This document shows positions 7,178-9,801 of a DNA stretch of 9,801 nucleotides, one piece after another. Position 1 is the stretch's first letter; every line of letters starts with the position of its first letter. The stretch comes from Candidatus Krumholzibacteriia bacterium (GTDB lineage: Bacteria; Krumholzibacteriota; Krumholzibacteriia; WVZY01), in NCBI GenBank assembly GCA_036478295.1, contig JAZGDW010000264.1, forward strand, positions 1 through 9,801. The letters run 5' to 3'. The position numbers were made by a program, and so were the translations under genes. The notes below the pieces were generated by a model. That model saw only the letters and a program-made list of their open reading frames with translations. It ran no database searches and had not been told where the DNA came from.

Positions 7178-7186
7178 AGTATAACA
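7178..7186 (-). promoter_or_regulatory. Extended -10 promoter candidate for the SBBP gene
   Basis: Minus strand TG-T-TATACT in an AT-rich patch about 90 bp upstream of the start codon. No recognisable -35 box. Confidence 0.5.
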
Positions 7187-7258
7187 CAACGTGAATGGGC
7201 GTTGGTGGCGGCGGCGGGCGAAGTCCGTGCCGACCTGGTGAGCGCAGCGAACAGAGAT

Positions 7259-7433
7259 TGGTGGAGGCGGCGGGAATCGAACCCTGTCGCGGTGCAAACC
7301 TTAACCTAATGGTGGCGTGCGATTTCGGTCACTACCGCTTCAGGAAACTGGAGTTACTCCGCCGCCACTTGTCCTCCACAGTCCCCCCGAATCCACTGCC
7401 GTCCACCCCAGTCATGGAGATATATTGGAGACG
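7259..7433 (-). repeat. att-like repeat copy 4: tmRNA 3'-end core (7259-7284) plus the most divergent arm
   Basis: Identical core and 175-bp length. Keeps AACCTTAACC, GATTTCGG, GAGTTAC, the 10-bp-spaced (G/A)TCC boxes and TGGAGATATATTGGAGACG. Confidence 0.93.
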
Positions 7434-7507
7434 CTGCCGGAGTAGCCGATCCGTGGCGAAGTGTTCGTCATCGGTCACATAACTTCCTTGCGCTCAGCCG
7501 CGCTCTA

Positions 7508-9801
7508 TCACTTCGCCTCGCCACCGCCCAGTGCGTTCAACCGCTGCTGTGCATCCGCCACTTGCGGCAGTCCCTCGTCTGCCTCAGACCACATCTCGAG
7601 AAACTTTGTGAACGCGGACACCGCATCCGCCGGACGCCCCATCTCCTCATAGATTTTGCCCAGCTCGTAATGCGACAGCGCGTGGCCGCCGTAGATTCGG
7701 AGCAGCTCCTTGTGGACTCGGGCAGCTTCATCCGACCGACCGGCTAACTGGTGGGCTCGTGCCATGGCCTCCCGCCACTCGATATCGTGCAAGCCTCCAG
7801 TAGGGACTCCTTGCCGTCGCATCTCATTTAAAGACGCCAGAGCCTTTTTGGGATTTCCCTCCGCGAGCGCAATGTCTGCAGTGACCTTGCGCACCAGGAA
7901 TCTTACTAGACCGCCATATTGTTTCTCCAGAGGCAAGAGCTCTGTCACAGCAGACCGAGCTGCTTCGAGGGATTCCAGGGCGACCAACGCCCTTGCGCGG
8001 GCCCGTATCACTTCGCGCCGCGTAAAGCGCGTCTTGGAACGCTTCGCCAGTGCTTCGGCCCAGCCTAGCACCTCTTGGGCCCGCCCCATCCGCAGTAGAA
8101 GGCGATTGCGGCTGGTGTCAAGGCTGATCTCACTATCTAGACCGGATACGTCTTGCCGGGCCTCTTCAAAGAGTTCGAGCGCTTTGCTGAAGCGGCCCGT
8201 CTCGGCATGAAGCTGGGCAAGGCCCGGCCAACCCCCGGTGGGAATAATGAGCCTAATCCGTTCTTCAGGTGAGAGATCACTCTCTCTCAGGATTCGCTCA
8301 AATATTTCGATGGCCCGGTCCAGATTGCCCCGGCAATATGCAGAGTAGCCCATGCTTTCCGGAAAACCTGGACCGATCTTGAGAGCCTGGCGAAAAGCTG
8401 TCTCGGCACTGTCGGGTAAGCCCAGGCTCAAGAATCGAAGCCCCCGCTCATCCCAGGCGTTCGCTGTTCCCGGATGTCGCTTGATATAGACCTGACTCCA
8501 TTCGAGCGCCTCCTCCAGGCGACCCATGGACGCGAGTGCCTGACCATATCTGCTACCGAAGCCCAGATCGTCCGGGTAAAGGGCAAGCCCCCTTTCGGCG
8601 ACCTGGATTGCCTCGTTGGAATACCAGTACCAAGACAATAGCGCAGAGAGATCGCCGAGAACCTCTCGGTCATCCGGCCAGCGCGAGAGCATTTCCCGGT
8701 ACGTACTCAAAGCATCTTGGATGCGCCAGTCCAACCGCTGCCGGTACGCGTCGAGCCGCAGGCGATCCTTGAGCCCTAAACGCGTCCGCAGTTCCCATGC
8801 CCTCTCGGCAAAGGAGCGAGCGCGATCGCTCGCTACCTTAAACGGGGTTGCCCTGGCCAGCTCAAAAAGGGCCAGGGCGAATGTGGAGTCGAGCCTCACT
8901 GCATGCTCTAGTTCACGTATTGCTTCCTCCTCTCGAACTTCCTCACGTGCCAGAACGCCGGCCACGTAGTGTCGATAAGCCTGCGGCGAAGCCGTGGTCA
9001 GCGTGCTGACCGACGGCGGCAAGGTCGGCTCTTCCACTCCACATTCACTCGCGAGCAACGGCAGGACGCCGGCGATAATCTGATCCGCCAGCATGGCCAG
9101 GTTCTCACCCTCCACGCGCCGTGCGCCGAGGCTCTTCCCATTCCGTGTATCCACCAACTGCCAGGTGATGTACGGGTTGACGCTCAATGTCACCATTTGT
9201 CCCGAGAGGAGCATCGTCGCCCCAGACTTTCGCGCCACCTCGAGGGCCTGGTCCTCCTCGATCGGGCCGCGACCGGCACCAAAAAGGCGGCGGCGCAGGT
9301 CATAAAGATACTGAGGGCTCACGACCCGGCAGGGACTGCTCTCCACAAGGCCCACCTGCACCAAGCCTGTAATCCCCGCAGACGCCGTCGCGTCATCGGG
9401 TGTTCCCAGGTCCCGGAAATCCACCACCGCTACGGCCAAGTCCTCGGTGGGAGACACCGCTCCGTGTTGCCACAGTGATTTCCACATGGTCACGCCAACG
9501 ATCACAACAACCAAGGCAACGACTGCGTATTTGATCAGATTCTTCTTAGGCTTCGGCGTGGGTGCTCTCTTCAGCTTGCGCAAGTCCACGACCAGCTCGT
9601 CCACGTGTTGGTATCGATCGGAGGGCTTCTTCTCGAAGCATTTGCTGACAATCCGCTCCAGTTCCATTGGAACCCCGGTGCGCAATGCCGTTATCGGCTC
9701 TGGACGCTCATGAACGATCTGGAAGGTCACCGCTTGCTCAGGTTCGCCGCTGAACGGCAAGCGCCCGGTGAGCATCTCGTAGAGAACCACGCCCAGCGAC
9801 C
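7508..9801 (-). CDS. Hanks-type Ser/Thr protein kinase with TM helix, TolB-N/CsgG-like domain and TPR repeats (5' end outside the window)
   Basis: The frame is open to the right edge and reads SLGVVLYEMLTGRLPF (kinase subdomain IX), then LERIVSKCFEKKPSDRYQ (XI). TM segment YAVVALVVVIVGVTMW, then LAVAVVDFRDL, then many TPR-like helices (AETAFRQALKIGPGF; SHYELGKIYEEMGRPADAVSAFTKFL). Confidence 0.93.
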   Translation of the reverse strand, partial: SLGVVLYEMLTGRLPFSGEPEQAVTFQIVHERPEPITALRTGVPMELERIVSKCFEKKPSDRYQHVDELVVDLRKLKRAPTPKPKKNLIKYAVVALVVVIVGVTMWKSLWQHGAVSPTEDLAVAVVDFRDLGTPDDATASAGITGLVQVGLVESSPCRVVSPQYLYDLRRRLFGAGRGPIEEDQALEVARKSGATMLLSGQMVTLSVNPYITWQLVDTRNGKSLGARRVEGENLAMLADQIIAGVLPLLASECGVEEPTLPPSVSTLTTASPQAYRHYVAGVLAREEVREEEAIRELEHAVRLDSTFALALFELARATPFKVASDRARSFAERAWELRTRLGLKDRLRLDAYRQRLDWRIQDALSTYREMLSRWPDDREVLGDLSALLSWYWYSNEAIQVAERGLALYPDDLGFGSRYGQALASMGRLEEALEWSQVYIKRHPGTANAWDERGLRFLSLGLPDSAETAFRQALKIGPGFPESMGYSAYCRGNLDRAIEIFERILRESDLSPEERIRLIIPTGGWPGLAQLHAETGRFSKALELFEEARQDVSGLDSEISLDTSRNRLLLRMGRAQEVLGWAEALAKRSKTRFTRREVIRARARALVALESLEAARSAVTELLPLEKQYGGLVRFLVRKVTADIALAEGNPKKALASLNEMRRQGVPTGGLHDIEWREAMARAHQLAGRSDEAARVHKELLRIYGGHALSHYELGKIYEEMGRPADAVSAFTKFLEMWSEADEGLPQVADAQQRLNALGGGEAK

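Noticed and set aside
1499..7433. CRISPR array, classical integron attC sites or IS/MITE
   Set aside because: The intervals are gene-sized (0.9-2.5 kb) and there are no cas genes. The element lacks the RYYYAAC...GTTRRRY ends and long palindrome of attC, and I see no terminal inverted repeats or target-site duplications.
1453..7482. Family of four 'MVEAAGIEP...EIFWRR' small ORFs (1453-1785, 4071-4346, 5176-5400, 7195-7482)
   Set aside because: These are antisense translations of the tmRNA 3' fragment plus arm. Starts and stops are not conserved, most differences change amino acids, and the 20-bp deletion in copy 3 shifts the frame.

Overview
GC-rich bacterial accessory region. Two secreted proteins end in 'NYPNPFNP...SGVYF...KMxLLK' FlgD-Ig/T9SS-type-A-like domains, which suggests an FCB-superphylum host such as Krumholzibacteriota or Latescibacterota (inference). 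Genes in order: a partial HxlR regulator (missed by the ORF track), a His-rich LVIVD-like exported protein, a 14-blade YCF48/BNR beta-propeller, a triple zinc-ribbon protein, a 7-blade SBBP beta-propeller and a partial Ser/Thr kinase-TPR protein. The main observation is non-coding. Four direct copies of a 175-bp element (1499-1673, 4123-4297, 5177-5331 [155 bp], 7259-7433) separate the genes, with one cargo gene per interval. Each copy has an invariant 26-bp core reading GGGTTCGATTCCCGCCGCCTCCACCA on the minus strand (tmRNA-type 3' end from the T-arm to CCA). The core is joined to a conserved fixed-length arm with 10-bp-periodic GTCC boxes and a terminal TGGAGA direct repeat. No integrase is in the window. 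This looks like a tmRNA-att-delimited, integrase-free gene-cassette array, integron-like in layout but not built from attC sites. The alternative is a stack of scars from one family of tmRNA-targeting islands.
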